Source: an uncultured cyanobacterium
GTDB taxonomy: Bacteria > Cyanobacteriota > Cyanobacteriia > Pseudanabaenales > Pseudanabaenaceae
Length of the DNA stretch: 64,000 bases
Direction: 5' to 3'
Assembly: GCA_963703315.1 (NCBI GenBank)
Contig: OY969811.1
Location: forward strand, 2,880,001 to 2,944,000
The position numbers were made by a program, and so were the translations under genes. Below the pieces are notes generated by a model, which saw only the letters and a list, made by a program, of their open reading frames with translations, did no database searches and was not told where the DNA came from. How positions within the stretch are numbered: position 1 is the first letter of the stretch; each line of letters opens with the position of its first letter. Of this stretch, positions 22,139-33,625 are shown piece by piece.

Positions 22139-25100
22139 ATGATGCGTAAGGTTGGTGTGGCGGTGAGTCGGGTTGGATTGATTTTGATGTTGGGAATGTT
22201 TGGTGTTCCTTTGATTTCGCCGAGTTTTAGTCAGTCGAATTCTGATCTTTCTTCACCAGCTTTGAAGGAGGCGTTGGAACTTCATGAGCAGGCGTTTCAA
22301 CTCTACAATCAGGGGAAATATCGAGAGGCAATTGCCATAGCACAACGTTCCCTCTCGATCTATGAAAAAACATTAGGAGTCAATCATCCCGATATCGCTA
22401 ATAGCCTCAACAATCTCGCGACATTTTATCAGTCACAAGGGAACTACCCAGCCGCCGAACCACTTTATAAACGTTCCCTCGCGATCTATGAAAAAGCATT
22501 AGGAGCCGAGCATCCCTCCGTCGCCACTAGCCTCAATAATCTCGCTGGGTTATATCAGGCACAGGGGAACTACCCATCCGCCGAACCACTTTATAAACGT
22601 TCCCTCGCGATTCGCGAAAAAGCATTAGGAGATGATCATCCTGATGTCGCTACTAGCTTCAATAATCTTGCAGCGTTGTATCGATCACAGGGGAACTATC
22701 CAGCCGCCGAACCACTTTACAAACGTTCCCTCGCGATCTATGAAAAAGCTTTAGGAGCCGAGCATCCCTCTGTCGCCACTAGCCTCAATAATCTCGCATT
22801 GTTGTATGATTCACAGGGGAACTACCCAGCCGCCGAACCACTTTACAAACGTTCCCTCGCGATCTATGAAAAAGCTTTAGGAGCCGAGCATCCCTCTGTC
22901 GCCACTAGCCTCAATAATCTCGCATTGTTGTATGATTCACAGGGGAACTACCCAGCCGCCGAACCACTTTATAAACGTTCTCTTGCAATTCTAGAAAAAG
23001 CATTAGGAACCGAGAATCCCTCTGTCGCCACTAGCCTCAATAATCTCGCAGCGTTGTATCGATCACAGGGGAACTACCCATCTGCCGAACCACTTTATAA
23101 ACGTTCTCTTGCAATTCTAGAAAAAACATTGGGATCTGAGCATCCCGATGTCGCCACTAGCCTCAATAATCTCGCTGGGTTATATCAGGCACAGGGGAAC
23201 TACCCATCCGCCGAACCACTTTATAAACGTTCCCTCGCGATTTATAAAAAAGCATTAGGAGCCGAACACCCCCTTATCGCCACTAGTCTCAATGGTCTCG
23301 CAGTTTTGTATCAGTCACAGGGGAACTACCCATCCGCCGAACCACTTTATAAACGTTCTCTCACAATCTATGAAAAAGCATTAGGAGCCGAGCATCCCAA
23401 TGTCGCCAATAGTCTCAATAACCTCGCAGCGTTGTATGCCGCACAGGGAAATATTGATCGCGCAATTACATTTCGACAAAAAGGACTTGAAGTTCAAGAG
23501 TACAACTTAAAACTCAATCTAGGATCTGGCACTGAAATCCAAAAAGAAGCTTATATGCAAACCGTTTTGGGCAGAACCTTTGAGACTCTTTTCCTCCACG
23601 TCCAATCCGCCCCCACAAATCCCGCCGCCATTCGCCTAGCCCTAACCGCCATTTTGCAACGCAAAGGTCGTCTCCTCGATATCTTATCAACCAACCTGCA
23701 AACCCTCCGCCAATACCTCACCCCCGACATCCAACCACAATTTGACCAATGGCTAACCCTCAAAAGCCAACTCGCCAACCTGACCCTAAAAAATACCCCT
23801 ATCGACAAATATCGCCCAATCCAACAACAAGCCGAAGAATTAGAATCCAACCTCAATCGTCGCAGTTCAGAACTGCAAGCAATCAACGAAACCGTCACCA
23901 TCGAAGCAGTCCAAAAACAAATCCCCAACGATGCAGTCCTGATCGAACTATTTCGCTACAGCCCATTCAATCCTAAAGCAGCCTTAGATAAAGACAAATG
24001 GGGAAATCCTCGCTACGTTGCCTATATTCTCCATTCCCAAGGTGAACCCAAATGGGTAGACCTCGGCGAAGCCGCAACCTTAGAGCCATCAATTCAAACA
24101 TTTCGCCAAGCCATAGGACGCAACCCCACCAATCCCGATCGCGACTCCGATCCGCAATTAACCATAGCCGAAGTCAAACAAGCCGCCCGTAACCTCGACC
24201 AAAAGTTAATGCAACCGATCCGTCCCCTGCTAGGCAACGCCCGTCATCTGCTGATTTCACCCGATAGCCAACTCAACCTCATCCCCTTTGCTGCCCTCGT
24301 TGACGAGCAGAACCGCTTCCTCCTCGAAACCTACGACATCACCTATCTCTCGTCAGGACGCGACTTACTCCGCCTAAAACGCACGGGTATCAATCTCCAA
24401 AATCCCGTTCTTTTCTCCGACCCCAACTACGGTAAACCCTCAGATAAATTAATTGCTAGCATTGGTCGCAACCCCTGCGAATCCAAGATTGCCGCCAGAG
24501 GTGAAGACATAACTGACCTAGCCAGCAAAATATTTTGTCCACTCCCCAACGTCGCCGCCGAAACCAACGCCATTCAGAATCTTTTGCCACGATCTCAATT
24601 ACTGAGCCAGTCCCAAGCCACCAAAGCAACTGCCAAACAACTCCACAACCCTAGCATTCTCCACTTTGCCACCCACGGCTTCTTCCTACCCGATCCACCC
24701 AATATCAATCCCGACACCCCGATCCGCCAAAATCCCCTCGCGCGATCTGCCCTAGTCCTAGCTAACTTCAATCAGCGCCAATCTTGCAGCGACTCCGACT
24801 CCAATTGCAATGGCTTACTCACAGCCCAAGATGTCACCACCATCGACCTGCGCGGAACCAAACTCGTATTTCTCTCCGCCTGTGAAACAGGACTAGGCAA
24901 AGTCTCCAACGGCGAAGGTGTATATGGCTTGCGCCGAGCCTTTACCCTCGCAGGAGCCGAGAGCCAAGTGATGAGCCTCTGGAAAGTCAACGATCAAGTT
25001 ACGAGGGAATTAGTCGAGAGCTACTACCAAAATCTCAAGGCAAATCAAGGGCGTAGCCAGTCCCTCAAAACGATTCAGTTAGATTTACTAAAAAAATATC

Positions 25101-25174
25101 AATATCCCTACTATTGGGCAGCCTTTATCCCCTCTGGCAATTGGTCAGCAATGCCTGAAGTTTTTAAAAACTAA
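22139..25174 (+). CDS. Secreted TPR-repeat CHAT-domain (caspase-like) protease
   Basis: Signal peptide; nine 42-aa TPRs; ISPDSQLNLIPFAAL; catalytic His (LHFATHG) and Cys (LSACETG); YPYYWAAF. Confidence 0.93.
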   Translation: MMRKVGVAVSRVGLILMLGMFGVPLISPSFSQSNSDLSSPALKEALELHEQAFQLYNQGKYREAIAIAQRSLSIYEKTLGVNHPDIANSLNNLATFYQSQGNYPAAEPLYKRSLAIYEKALGAEHPSVATSLNNLAGLYQAQGNYPSAEPLYKRSLAIREKALGDDHPDVATSFNNLAALYRSQGNYPAAEPLYKRSLAIYEKALGAEHPSVATSLNNLALLYDSQGNYPAAEPLYKRSLAIYEKALGAEHPSVATSLNNLALLYDSQGNYPAAEPLYKRSLAILEKALGTENPSVATSLNNLAALYRSQGNYPSAEPLYKRSLAILEKTLGSEHPDVATSLNNLAGLYQAQGNYPSAEPLYKRSLAIYKKALGAEHPLIATSLNGLAVLYQSQGNYPSAEPLYKRSLTIYEKALGAEHPNVANSLNNLAALYAAQGNIDRAITFRQKGLEVQEYNLKLNLGSGTEIQKEAYMQTVLGRTFETLFLHVQSAPTNPAAIRLALTAILQRKGRLLDILSTNLQTLRQYLTPDIQPQFDQWLTLKSQLANLTLKNTPIDKYRPIQQQAEELESNLNRRSSELQAINETVTIEAVQKQIPNDAVLIELFRYSPFNPKAALDKDKWGNPRYVAYILHSQGEPKWVDLGEAATLEPSIQTFRQAIGRNPTNPDRDSDPQLTIAEVKQAARNLDQKLMQPIRPLLGNARHLLISPDSQLNLIPFAALVDEQNRFLLETYDITYLSSGRDLLRLKRTGINLQNPVLFSDPNYGKPSDKLIASIGRNPCESKIAARGEDITDLASKIFCPLPNVAAETNAIQNLLPRSQLLSQSQATKATAKQLHNPSILHFATHGFFLPDPPNINPDTPIRQNPLARSALVLANFNQRQSCSDSDSNCNGLLTAQDVTTIDLRGTKLVFLSACETGLGKVSNGEGVYGLRRAFTLAGAESQVMSLWKVNDQVTRELVESYYQNLKANQGRSQSLKTIQLDLLKKYQYPYYWAAFIPSGNWSAMPEVFKN
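22380..23450 (+). repeat. Tandem array of 126-bp TPR-coding units
   Basis: Recurrent cagggGAACTAcccagccgccgaaccacttta and actagcctcaataatctcgc at a 126-nt period. Confidence 0.92.
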
Positions 25175-25656
25175 GGTAATTTACCAATATAGTCACGAAT
25201 TACAGGTGTGAAAATTTTCACTACCTGTTGATAAACTTCTCTTTTAAATCTAACAATCGAATCGAGAGTCTTGTCGATCGCCATAAATTGCACCACCCGA
25301 AACTCGCGATCGTGGATATCTAACTTGCAATCCGAAGCAGGATGATCCCAATAAAAAGCAAACCAACGCTGTCTTTGACCACAATAATTTGCCCATTTGC
25401 CTGTTAACTTTAGCGAAGGTGGGAAGTCGTAATATAGCCATTCAGGATGAACATAAGCAAGCTTGGCATCATCAATGCCCACCTCTTCATAAAGCTCTCG
25501 TAATGCGGCTACTTGCGGATCTTCTCCTTCATCAATGCCTCCTTGAGGAAATTGCCATGAATCAGGTACTCCCAGACGCTCACCGACTAGCACTTCTCCC
25601 TTACGATTAAAAACAATCAGCCCGACGTTTGGGCGATAAGACTTTTCAGGTTTCAT
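25171..25656 (-). CDS. rppH: Nudix RNA pyrophosphohydrolase, RppH-like
   Basis: YRPNVG, WQFPQGGIDEGE..ALRELYEEVG, GQRQRWF, FKREVY; ATG 25656 preferred over the TTG start at 25689. Confidence 0.82.
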   Translation of the reverse strand: MKPEKSYRPNVGLIVFNRKGEVLVGERLGVPDSWQFPQGGIDEGEDPQVAALRELYEEVGIDDAKLAYVHPEWLYYDFPPSLKLTGKWANYCGQRQRWFAFYWDHPASDCKLDIHDREFRVVQFMAIDKTLDSIVRFKREVYQQVVKIFTPVIRDYIGKLP

Positions 25657-25794
25657 AATTTTGAATTTGACAAAGCAAAAGCATAGCACCGCCGCTAATT
25701 ATCATCAAAAAGAATATACTCACACCGCAGAGTGGTGGGGTGTTTACCCTCTTAGTTGAATAAAAAAATCCTTGCAGAGCAAGGATTTTTTTAT

Positions 25795-27558
25795 TTATAC
25801 CAATTGAGTGACTCTTTCCAATTCAGCCGCAGCTTCTTGAACTTCTCTGCTCAAAAGCGATCGCTTTGGTGTTTGCAAACCAACCATTTGATCATTACTT
25901 GCACCGGGAGGAACCATCGGATAGCAGTTTTCATCACGCTTCACGCGGAAGTCAGCGAAAACAGGTCCATCGTAAGCCAAAATTTCGGCAACTGCGGCTT
26001 GCAAATCGCTTGGCTCAATCACCTTGATACCCTTGATACCATAAGCTTCAGCAAGCTTTACAAAATCTGGCATACCAACTTCCATATTAGAAGAAGAGTA
26101 ACGCTCATCATAGAAACTCTCTTGCCATTGGCGTACCATGCCTTGCCAACCATTATTAACAATGATTACCTTGACGTTGATGCCATACTGAGCCAACGTA
26201 CCAAGTTCCTGAATATTCATCTGAATACTGGCATCACCACTAATACAGACTACTTGGTGATCAGGAAATGCCACCTTTGCGCCCATTGCCGCAGGCATTC
26301 CATAACCCATTGTGCCAAGTCCCGCACTCGAAATCCACTTACGGGAACCAGTCTTAATCAACTGGGCTGCCCACATTTGATGCTGTCCCACATCTGTTGC
26401 AAAGTAAGCATCGGGAGCTTGTTTCCCAAATTCGTAAATTACTTGCTGTGGTGAGAGAACTCCATCATATACAGGCACTTCAAGGGGGTAGTCTTCTTTC
26501 CATTCATCAAGCTGCTTGAACCAATCCTTAGTTTGGATGGTTTCTTCATAGCTTGTGGCTTCAAGGATCGCTTGCAATACTTCCTTTACGTCACCAACAA
26601 TTGGCACATCAGGTTTGCGATTTTTACCGACTTCCGCAGGATCGATATCAATATGAATGACTTTGGCGTTAGGAGCAAATTTATCGAGACGACCCGTAAC
26701 GCGATCGTCAAATCTTGCACCAACAGCAATCAACAAATCACAACCCTGTACTGCAAAGTTAGCGTAAGCAGTACCATGCATTCCCAACATACCAAGAGAA
26801 AGGTAATTGTTTTCATCATAAGCACCCTTGCCCATCAGAGTTGTGGTCACAGGCAACTGAAACCGCTTCGCGAGTTCCTCGATTTCCCCATGGGCATCAG
26901 CAAGGACAGCACCACCACCAGCGTAGAGCAATGGACGTTTAGATTCTCGGATTAAGGCGATCGCTGCTGCAATTTGATGCAGATGCCCCTTCACTCTAGA
27001 TTGATAACCTGGGAGATTAACTTCTACTTCAGGATTATAGTCAAAAGTTTGTTGAGCAATATCTTTAGGAATATCAATCAATACAGGGCCTGGGCGACCC
27101 GTCGCTGCAATGTGAAAGGCTTCTGCTGTAATCCGTGCAATATCTTCAGCTTTGCGAATCACATAGGAATGCTTAACAATTGGCAGGGTAATTCCCCAAA
27201 TGTCTGTCTCTTGGAATGCATCAGTACCGATCGCATAGGAAGGTACTTGACCTGTAATCACGACTAAAGGAATTGAGTCCATTTGCGCGGTAGCAATACC
27301 TGTCACCAAATTGGTTGCTCCAGGTCCAGAGGTTGCCACACATACTCCCACCTGTCCAGTAGCGCGGGCATACCCATCGGCAGCATGGACGGCTCCCTGC
27401 TCATGACGCACGAGATAATGTTTAATCTCACCTCTTGACTCTGCCTGATAAATCTCGTCATACACTGGCAGAATCGCTCCACCGGGGTAGCCGAAAATGT
27501 GTTTTACACCCTGTCGTCTCACACTGTCGATGAGAGCAAATGCACCCGTTGTTCGCAA
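25795..27558 (-). CDS. ilvB: Acetolactate synthase large subunit
   Basis: [42 protein letters not shown] start with GGAGG. Confidence 0.97.
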   Translation of the reverse strand: MRTTGAFALIDSVRRQGVKHIFGYPGGAILPVYDEIYQAESRGEIKHYLVRHEQGAVHAADGYARATGQVGVCVATSGPGATNLVTGIATAQMDSIPLVVITGQVPSYAIGTDAFQETDIWGITLPIVKHSYVIRKAEDIARITAEAFHIAATGRPGPVLIDIPKDIAQQTFDYNPEVEVNLPGYQSRVKGHLHQIAAAIALIRESKRPLLYAGGGAVLADAHGEIEELAKRFQLPVTTTLMGKGAYDENNYLSLGMLGMHGTAYANFAVQGCDLLIAVGARFDDRVTGRLDKFAPNAKVIHIDIDPAEVGKNRKPDVPIVGDVKEVLQAILEATSYEETIQTKDWFKQLDEWKEDYPLEVPVYDGVLSPQQVIYEFGKQAPDAYFATDVGQHQMWAAQLIKTGSRKWISSAGLGTMGYGMPAAMGAKVAFPDHQVVCISGDASIQMNIQELGTLAQYGINVKVIIVNNGWQGMVRQWQESFYDERYSSSNMEVGMPDFVKLAEAYGIKGIKVIEPSDLQAAVAEILAYDGPVFADFRVKRDENCYPMVPPGASNDQMVGLQTPKRSLLSREVQEAAAELERVTQLV

Positions 27559-28071
27559 AGTAGCCTCCTCTAGACTCTTACTGTAAGTTCTTGAATCATT
27601 TACAGATACTTTTAGCTCACTACTACAAACTAGTAATAATAGGCAAGTACCTTAAGTCGATAATTTGTAGCAATTGTATCGATAATAACATAGACAAGCT
27701 GACCCAAAGCTGCTATGTGCAAAGTCTTAAGCCGACAAAATCTAGAAATACAAGCAATAATATAGACACTATTTAAAGTCAAGAATCGGTGGTGCGAAGC
27801 AAAGCCCCGCATCACCGATTCTTGACTGGGAAGGGAGTACATATTACCAAGATGATTGAAAGCCATGTCAGACAAGATGTCTGACCTACAAAGATTAAAT
27901 CTCTGTGGGACGGGCATCTTGCCCGTTTGTTGCTAAGACTTGTCAGTCTAAAATATTAATAAACATATAATATTTGCCCCACCAAAGAGATCTTTGCGCT
28001 ACAGAATGATGACAAGTCGCATTTAAAAATATAATAACTGCGTGTCCTTCTGTCATACATCGTCTAAATAA

Positions 28072-28971
<900 letters not shown>

Positions 28972-29049
28972 ATCCTAAGTTTAAAAAGAGAGGGCTGTAA
29001 TGCAGCCCTCTCTTTTTGGATATAATCAGGCAAATTTACCTGTTGCGGC

Positions 29050-30408
29050 ATGAAATTGGAATTACTCTGGCTGCTTGTCGGAATTGGTATTGGCGCGATC
29101 GCTACTAGTGCTTGCTGGTTTAGTTGGAGTTACGCTAAAAAACGACGCAACCGTAAATTTCATAAGCGATCGCGTCATGTATTTAGGGTAAAGTCAATCC
29201 GCAATCTCAAAACTTGGGCGCATAGTATCCAGCAGAATATTCAAAAAAATATTCAAAAAAATATTCGGGATCAATTTGAATTAGGTAACTCTACAGACAA
29301 TGATCTTGAGCGCATATTGTGGGAAAAAATCGTAGAATCTGCTCCTATTGGTTATATTCAAGTTGATCAAGACAACCGCTTGGCTATATGCAATCAAAAA
29401 GCCGCCAGCATGATGGGGATCATTAACCATCAACAGGGGCTACTTCGCAAACCATTTTTGTTGCAACTAATTCGCTCCTATGAACTCGATTACCTAGTTG
29501 AACAAACGAGATCGCGTTGCCAGAGTTCACAGGTTGATTGGGTGTTTCATCCCGCAATTCCTGATCCTGTTAATCCTGTACCACAGTTAGGCAGACCGAT
29601 TCGCGCCCATAGTATTTATTTAGAGCATGGTCAAGTTGGCATTTTTTTGGAAGATCGTCAAGAAGCAGTGATGATCGCGCAGCAACGCGATCGCTGGACT
29701 TCAGATGTTGCCCATGAACTCAAAACACCACTCACCTCAATTCGTCTAGTTGCGGAGACCATTGAACCTCGTGTTGATCCATCCGCCAAAATTTGGGTGG
29801 AGCGATTACTCGGTGAGATCGAGCGCATGACTAATCTCGTCAAAGACTTGCTGGATTTGGGACAGATGGATGTGGGCATCGAACCAACGTTAAATTTTCA
29901 TGAAGTTAATCTAGACAAACTAATCCAATCAGTTTGGACAACCCTTGAACCAATTGCCAATCGTAAGAAAGTTGGTCTCAAATATATCGGCGATCGGCAG
30001 TTAATCTTGCAAGTGGATGAGTCTCGCATTTATCGACTTTTACTCAATTTATTAGATAACAGCATTAAGCACAGCCCCGCGCTTCAGTCGATTACAATCA
30101 AAACCAGCGTGGTAGACTCAAACATACTCATCGAAACAATTGATGCAGGAGAAGGTTTCCCTGAAGAGTCACTGCCCTATATATTTGACCGCTTCTATCG
30201 CATTGATCCATCACGGACAAGGTCAGGACTAGATCGGGGTGGCAGTGGTTTAGGATTAGCGATCGCCCAACAAATTATCCGACTCCATAAAGGATCGATC
30301 TCTGCTAAAAATCATCCTGAGACTGGTGGAGCATGGATGACAATCACGCTACCATATCAAAAACTTGCAACGGAAAACCCGCAAGTCTCTAAGCACTTTC
30401 GTACATAA
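29050..30408 (+). CDS. sphS: Phosphate-sensing histidine kinase SphS (PhoR-like)
   Basis: N-terminal TM, PAS-like region with LIRSYELD, H box SDVAHELKTPLTSI, NLLDNSIKHS, GSGLGLAI. Confidence 0.82.
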   Translation: MKLELLWLLVGIGIGAIATSACWFSWSYAKKRRNRKFHKRSRHVFRVKSIRNLKTWAHSIQQNIQKNIQKNIRDQFELGNSTDNDLERILWEKIVESAPIGYIQVDQDNRLAICNQKAASMMGIINHQQGLLRKPFLLQLIRSYELDYLVEQTRSRCQSSQVDWVFHPAIPDPVNPVPQLGRPIRAHSIYLEHGQVGIFLEDRQEAVMIAQQRDRWTSDVAHELKTPLTSIRLVAETIEPRVDPSAKIWVERLLGEIERMTNLVKDLLDLGQMDVGIEPTLNFHEVNLDKLIQSVWTTLEPIANRKKVGLKYIGDRQLILQVDESRIYRLLLNLLDNSIKHSPALQSITIKTSVVDSNILIETIDAGEGFPEESLPYIFDRFYRIDPSRTRSGLDRGGSGLGLAIAQQIIRLHKGSISAKNHPETGGAWMTITLPYQKLATENPQVSKHFRT

Positions 30409-30411
30409 ATC

Positions 30412-31404
30412 ATGAGCGCAGAAAAACTCCTGAAAGACTATGCTTTGGGGCGGCGTGACTTTGCTAGCTTAAATCTCGCCAATGCCAATTTGTTTAATAG
30501 CGATTTGATCGGCGCTAATTTAAGCAAAGCTGACCTAAGACGTACCAATTTTGTCTTTGCATACCTCAACAAAGTTACTTTTAATCACGCCAATCTATCT
30601 GGGGCAAAACTAGGTGGAGCAACACTCAACCAAGCCATCATGATGAGTGCTAACCTCTCTGAAGCTGATTTGCATGGGGCAATGTTGCAAAGAGTAAACT
30701 TATTTGGAGCAAACCTTGCACTAGCGAACTTAATGGATGCAAACCTCAGCGAGGCAGACTTACGCAGTGCCAATTTGCGCGGAGCAAATTTACGTTGTGC
30801 GATTTTGACAGCTACACTCATGCGTGAGGAGCGCGGCTATCCACCCACCACGATGAGCGGTGCAAATTTACGCAAAGCCGATTTGCGCGGGGCGAACCTG
30901 AGTGGAGCCGATTTAACGGGGGTGGATTTGTCGGGTGCGAATCTGAGTGAGGCGACGCTATCAAGGGTGAATTTACAGGGTGCAAATCTCAGTGGGGCGA
31001 TCGCCAGTGGCACAATTTTTACTGAGGCAAATCTAAATAGTGTCAACCTGACCGAAGCAAATCTCAAAGGTGCAAACTTAACTAAGGCAGATCTCAAAAA
31101 TGCTAACCTACGTCTTGCGAACCTCTTTGGAGCTAATCTAAGTAAAGCTAATCTCAGCATGGCTACTTTGAGCAATGCAGGATTAATTCAGGCGATACTT
31201 ACAGGTAGTGATCTGTCGCGATCGCTTTTAGATCAAGCAAATCTTAGTCAAGCCAGTCTAGTTGACGCTTATTTAGTGAGAGCTAATCTTGATGGAGCCG
31301 ATTTCAGCGATGCTATTTTGACCAGAGCCGAACTGAGCGGAGCTAGCACGATTGGCACTATCTTTAGTGGTGCAACTATGCCTGATGGCAAAATACACTC
31401 CTAA
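30412..31404 (+). CDS. Pentapeptide repeat protein
   Basis: LLKDYALGRRDF start; continuous A(N/D)Lxx repeats; GATMPDG end. Confidence 0.95.
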   Translation: MSAEKLLKDYALGRRDFASLNLANANLFNSDLIGANLSKADLRRTNFVFAYLNKVTFNHANLSGAKLGGATLNQAIMMSANLSEADLHGAMLQRVNLFGANLALANLMDANLSEADLRSANLRGANLRCAILTATLMREERGYPPTTMSGANLRKADLRGANLSGADLTGVDLSGANLSEATLSRVNLQGANLSGAIASGTIFTEANLNSVNLTEANLKGANLTKADLKNANLRLANLFGANLSKANLSMATLSNAGLIQAILTGSDLSRSLLDQANLSQASLVDAYLVRANLDGADFSDAILTRAELSGASTIGTIFSGATMPDGKIHS

Positions 31405-31426
31405 TTAGCACTAACCCCAAAAGACT

Positions 31427-32152
31427 ATGGAAGATTCAAATCTTCTAGAGGAAGTTATCGAAAGCTTGGAGCAAGACAGCAATGTACTTCGCATCAAACG
31501 CCTCATCCTCTTCACTTGTCATGATACTTGGTCAAATGATGTCAACGAAGTTAAAGCGTTGCACGTGCGTCAACTTGTCCGCGAATTGATGCTGATGTTT
31601 CCTGATCTCAATACGCTGAAGCACAAGTTAAATAGCCATGTGAAGCAACTAAGCAAACAATCAGACTATCTACTTGCCGCCGACAACATTATTGATAGCA
31701 TTGGGTTTCTCTATACGTTGCGAGATGAAGGTAAGCTCCCTCATAGTTTTTTAAATCCGCCTCCATCGACACCAACCAAAAGTAAAAATAGTTCTCCTCA
31801 ACCAACAGCCGATAGAAATAATGATCTCGACACGATTCCCCATAAACACAACCTTAAATACTTAACTAACTTGTTTGATTTGCGAACTGATATTTCACGC
31901 AATGTTAGTCCTCTCCATGCCAAGATCCTGTTATTTTCTAGTCTCAATTATCGGTTTAGTCCTCAAGAACGTGACTGGTCAGCCCTCTATACTTACGATT
32001 TGGATGATCTAATTCAACTCATGTTTCAGACCTACGAAACTGTTGATGCCTTAGAAAAAAAGCTATCTGAAGTCAGCAAAACTTTAGACCAGCCAGAGGA
32101 TGCTAAACGGGCTGCGGCAGTGATTTTACAAGTACTTAGACCTTTTTACTAA
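31427..32152 (+). CDS. Hypothetical protein with two similar helical halves
   Basis: 241-aa ORF co-oriented with the upstream genes; P/S-rich central linker. Confidence 0.75.
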   Translation: MEDSNLLEEVIESLEQDSNVLRIKRLILFTCHDTWSNDVNEVKALHVRQLVRELMLMFPDLNTLKHKLNSHVKQLSKQSDYLLAADNIIDSIGFLYTLRDEGKLPHSFLNPPPSTPTKSKNSSPQPTADRNNDLDTIPHKHNLKYLTNLFDLRTDISRNVSPLHAKILLFSSLNYRFSPQERDWSALYTYDLDDLIQLMFQTYETVDALEKKLSEVSKTLDQPEDAKRAAAVILQVLRPFY

Positions 32153-32273
32153 TCATCAAGCTAAGCCAAAAGTGAGTGGCGGTGCGTAGCGCCGCCACTC
32201 ACTTCTTATGGTCTTGAGACGCATTAAAGTAAGGTAAGCTTCTAGAAACACTAATTTTCATCCATAGAACGTA

Positions 32274-33614
32274 ATGGCAGCTACTTCTTCTCGACAGCCC
32301 AAAATTATTGTGCTTGATGATGACCCCACAGGGGCGCAAACTGTACATAGCTGCCTATTGCTAACTAAATGGGATGTGGAAACTCTGAGAATTGGTTTGG
32401 CAGATGCCTCACCGATTATGTTTGTCCTTACTAATACCCGATCGCTTACCCCCGAAGATGCCGCAAACGTAACTCGCGAAGTTTGTCGCAACCTCAAACC
32501 TGCGATCGCGGCTGAAGGTATTCAAGACTTTTTGATCGTGAGTCGTTCTGACTCGACTTTGCGCGGACATTATCCAATCGAAACCGATGCGATCGCTGAG
32601 GAGTTAGGCAATTTTGACGCACATTTTTTGGTTCCCGCATTTTTTGAAGGGGGACGCTTTACCAAATCGAGTGTGCATTATTTAGTGGTGAATGGCGTAC
32701 CTACCCCAGTCCATGAGACTGAATTTGCTAAGGATTCTGTTTTTGGTTATACCCATAGCTATTTGCCTGATTATGTCGAAGAAAAAACTCAGGGCAGAAT
32801 CCCTGCGGCAAAGGTAGAAAGATTTGTGTTAGGGGATATCCGTGCAGGTATCCGTCTCCGACTAGCTCGCTTGCGTGACAATCAATGTGGTGTCGTTGAT
32901 GCGGAAAACCAAGCCGATCTCAATCAATTTGCCTCCGATATTTTAGCGATCGCCTCTACAGGTAAACGCTTTTTATTCCGTAGTGCCGCTAGTTTGCTGA
33001 CTGCTCTTGCTAAGTTGCCACCCCAGCCCATTCCTGCGGAAGAGATGTCGAAATATATGCGATCGCATAAAGCAGGTGTGGCGATCGTCGGCTCCCATGT
33101 TAAAAAAACCACCGAGCAGTTAGAACATCTCCTGAAAGCTCCTAATACCGTTCCTGTGGAAATCGATGTTTCTCGCCTACTAAGTGATACCGAAGCACAA
33201 TCAGAAGTCCTTAAACAAGAAGGATTAACCCAAGTTTACCAAGCTCATCAACTAGGCAAAACGGCGGTGATATTTACCAGTCGGAAAGAATTAGAGTTTG
33301 CCGATACTTCTACTCGTCTGGCATTTGGGCAATCAGTTTCAGCGCTCTTGATGGCGATTGTGCAGGAATTACCCACCGATATTGGCTTTTTAATTAGTAA
33401 AGGTGGCATTACCTCTAATGATGTTTTGAGTACAGGCTTAAACTTGCCCACTGCAAGGCTATTAGGTCAAATTTTGGCTGGTTGCTCGGTGGTGCGTACT
33501 CCTGAAAATCATCCCCGTTTTCCTGATTTACCCGTTGTCCTATTCCCCGGTAATGTTGGTGATGCTCATGCCTTAGCCACTGTTTATACAAGGCTGGCGA
33601 TCGGTATTGAATAG
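32274..33614 (+). CDS. Four-carbon acid sugar kinase family (DUF1537)
   Basis: VLDDDPTG, SRSDSTLRGH, GSHV, SKGGITS, FPGNVG. Confidence 0.9.
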   Translation: MAATSSRQPKIIVLDDDPTGAQTVHSCLLLTKWDVETLRIGLADASPIMFVLTNTRSLTPEDAANVTREVCRNLKPAIAAEGIQDFLIVSRSDSTLRGHYPIETDAIAEELGNFDAHFLVPAFFEGGRFTKSSVHYLVVNGVPTPVHETEFAKDSVFGYTHSYLPDYVEEKTQGRIPAAKVERFVLGDIRAGIRLRLARLRDNQCGVVDAENQADLNQFASDILAIASTGKRFLFRSAASLLTALAKLPPQPIPAEEMSKYMRSHKAGVAIVGSHVKKTTEQLEHLLKAPNTVPVEIDVSRLLSDTEAQSEVLKQEGLTQVYQAHQLGKTAVIFTSRKELEFADTSTRLAFGQSVSALLMAIVQELPTDIGFLISKGGITSNDVLSTGLNLPTARLLGQILAGCSVVRTPENHPRFPDLPVVLFPGNVGDAHALATVYTRLAIGIE

Positions 33615-33625
33615 ATCGTAAATAC

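Noticed and set aside
22380..23450. Regularly spaced repeats as a CRISPR array or DGR template
   Set aside because: 126-nt in-frame coding units with no unique spacers; no cas or reverse transcriptase gene in the window
25756..26454. 232-aa plus-strand ORF
   Set aside because: Antisense shadow of ilvB with no recognisable motif
27591..27917. Short ORFs between ilvB and petH, including a possible missing CpcD domain
   Set aside because: No CpcD-like residues; the region consists of promoters and repeats
29236..29266. 12-bp tandem repeat (NIQK) in sphS
   Set aside because: Short in-frame slippage in a linker; no sign of phase variation
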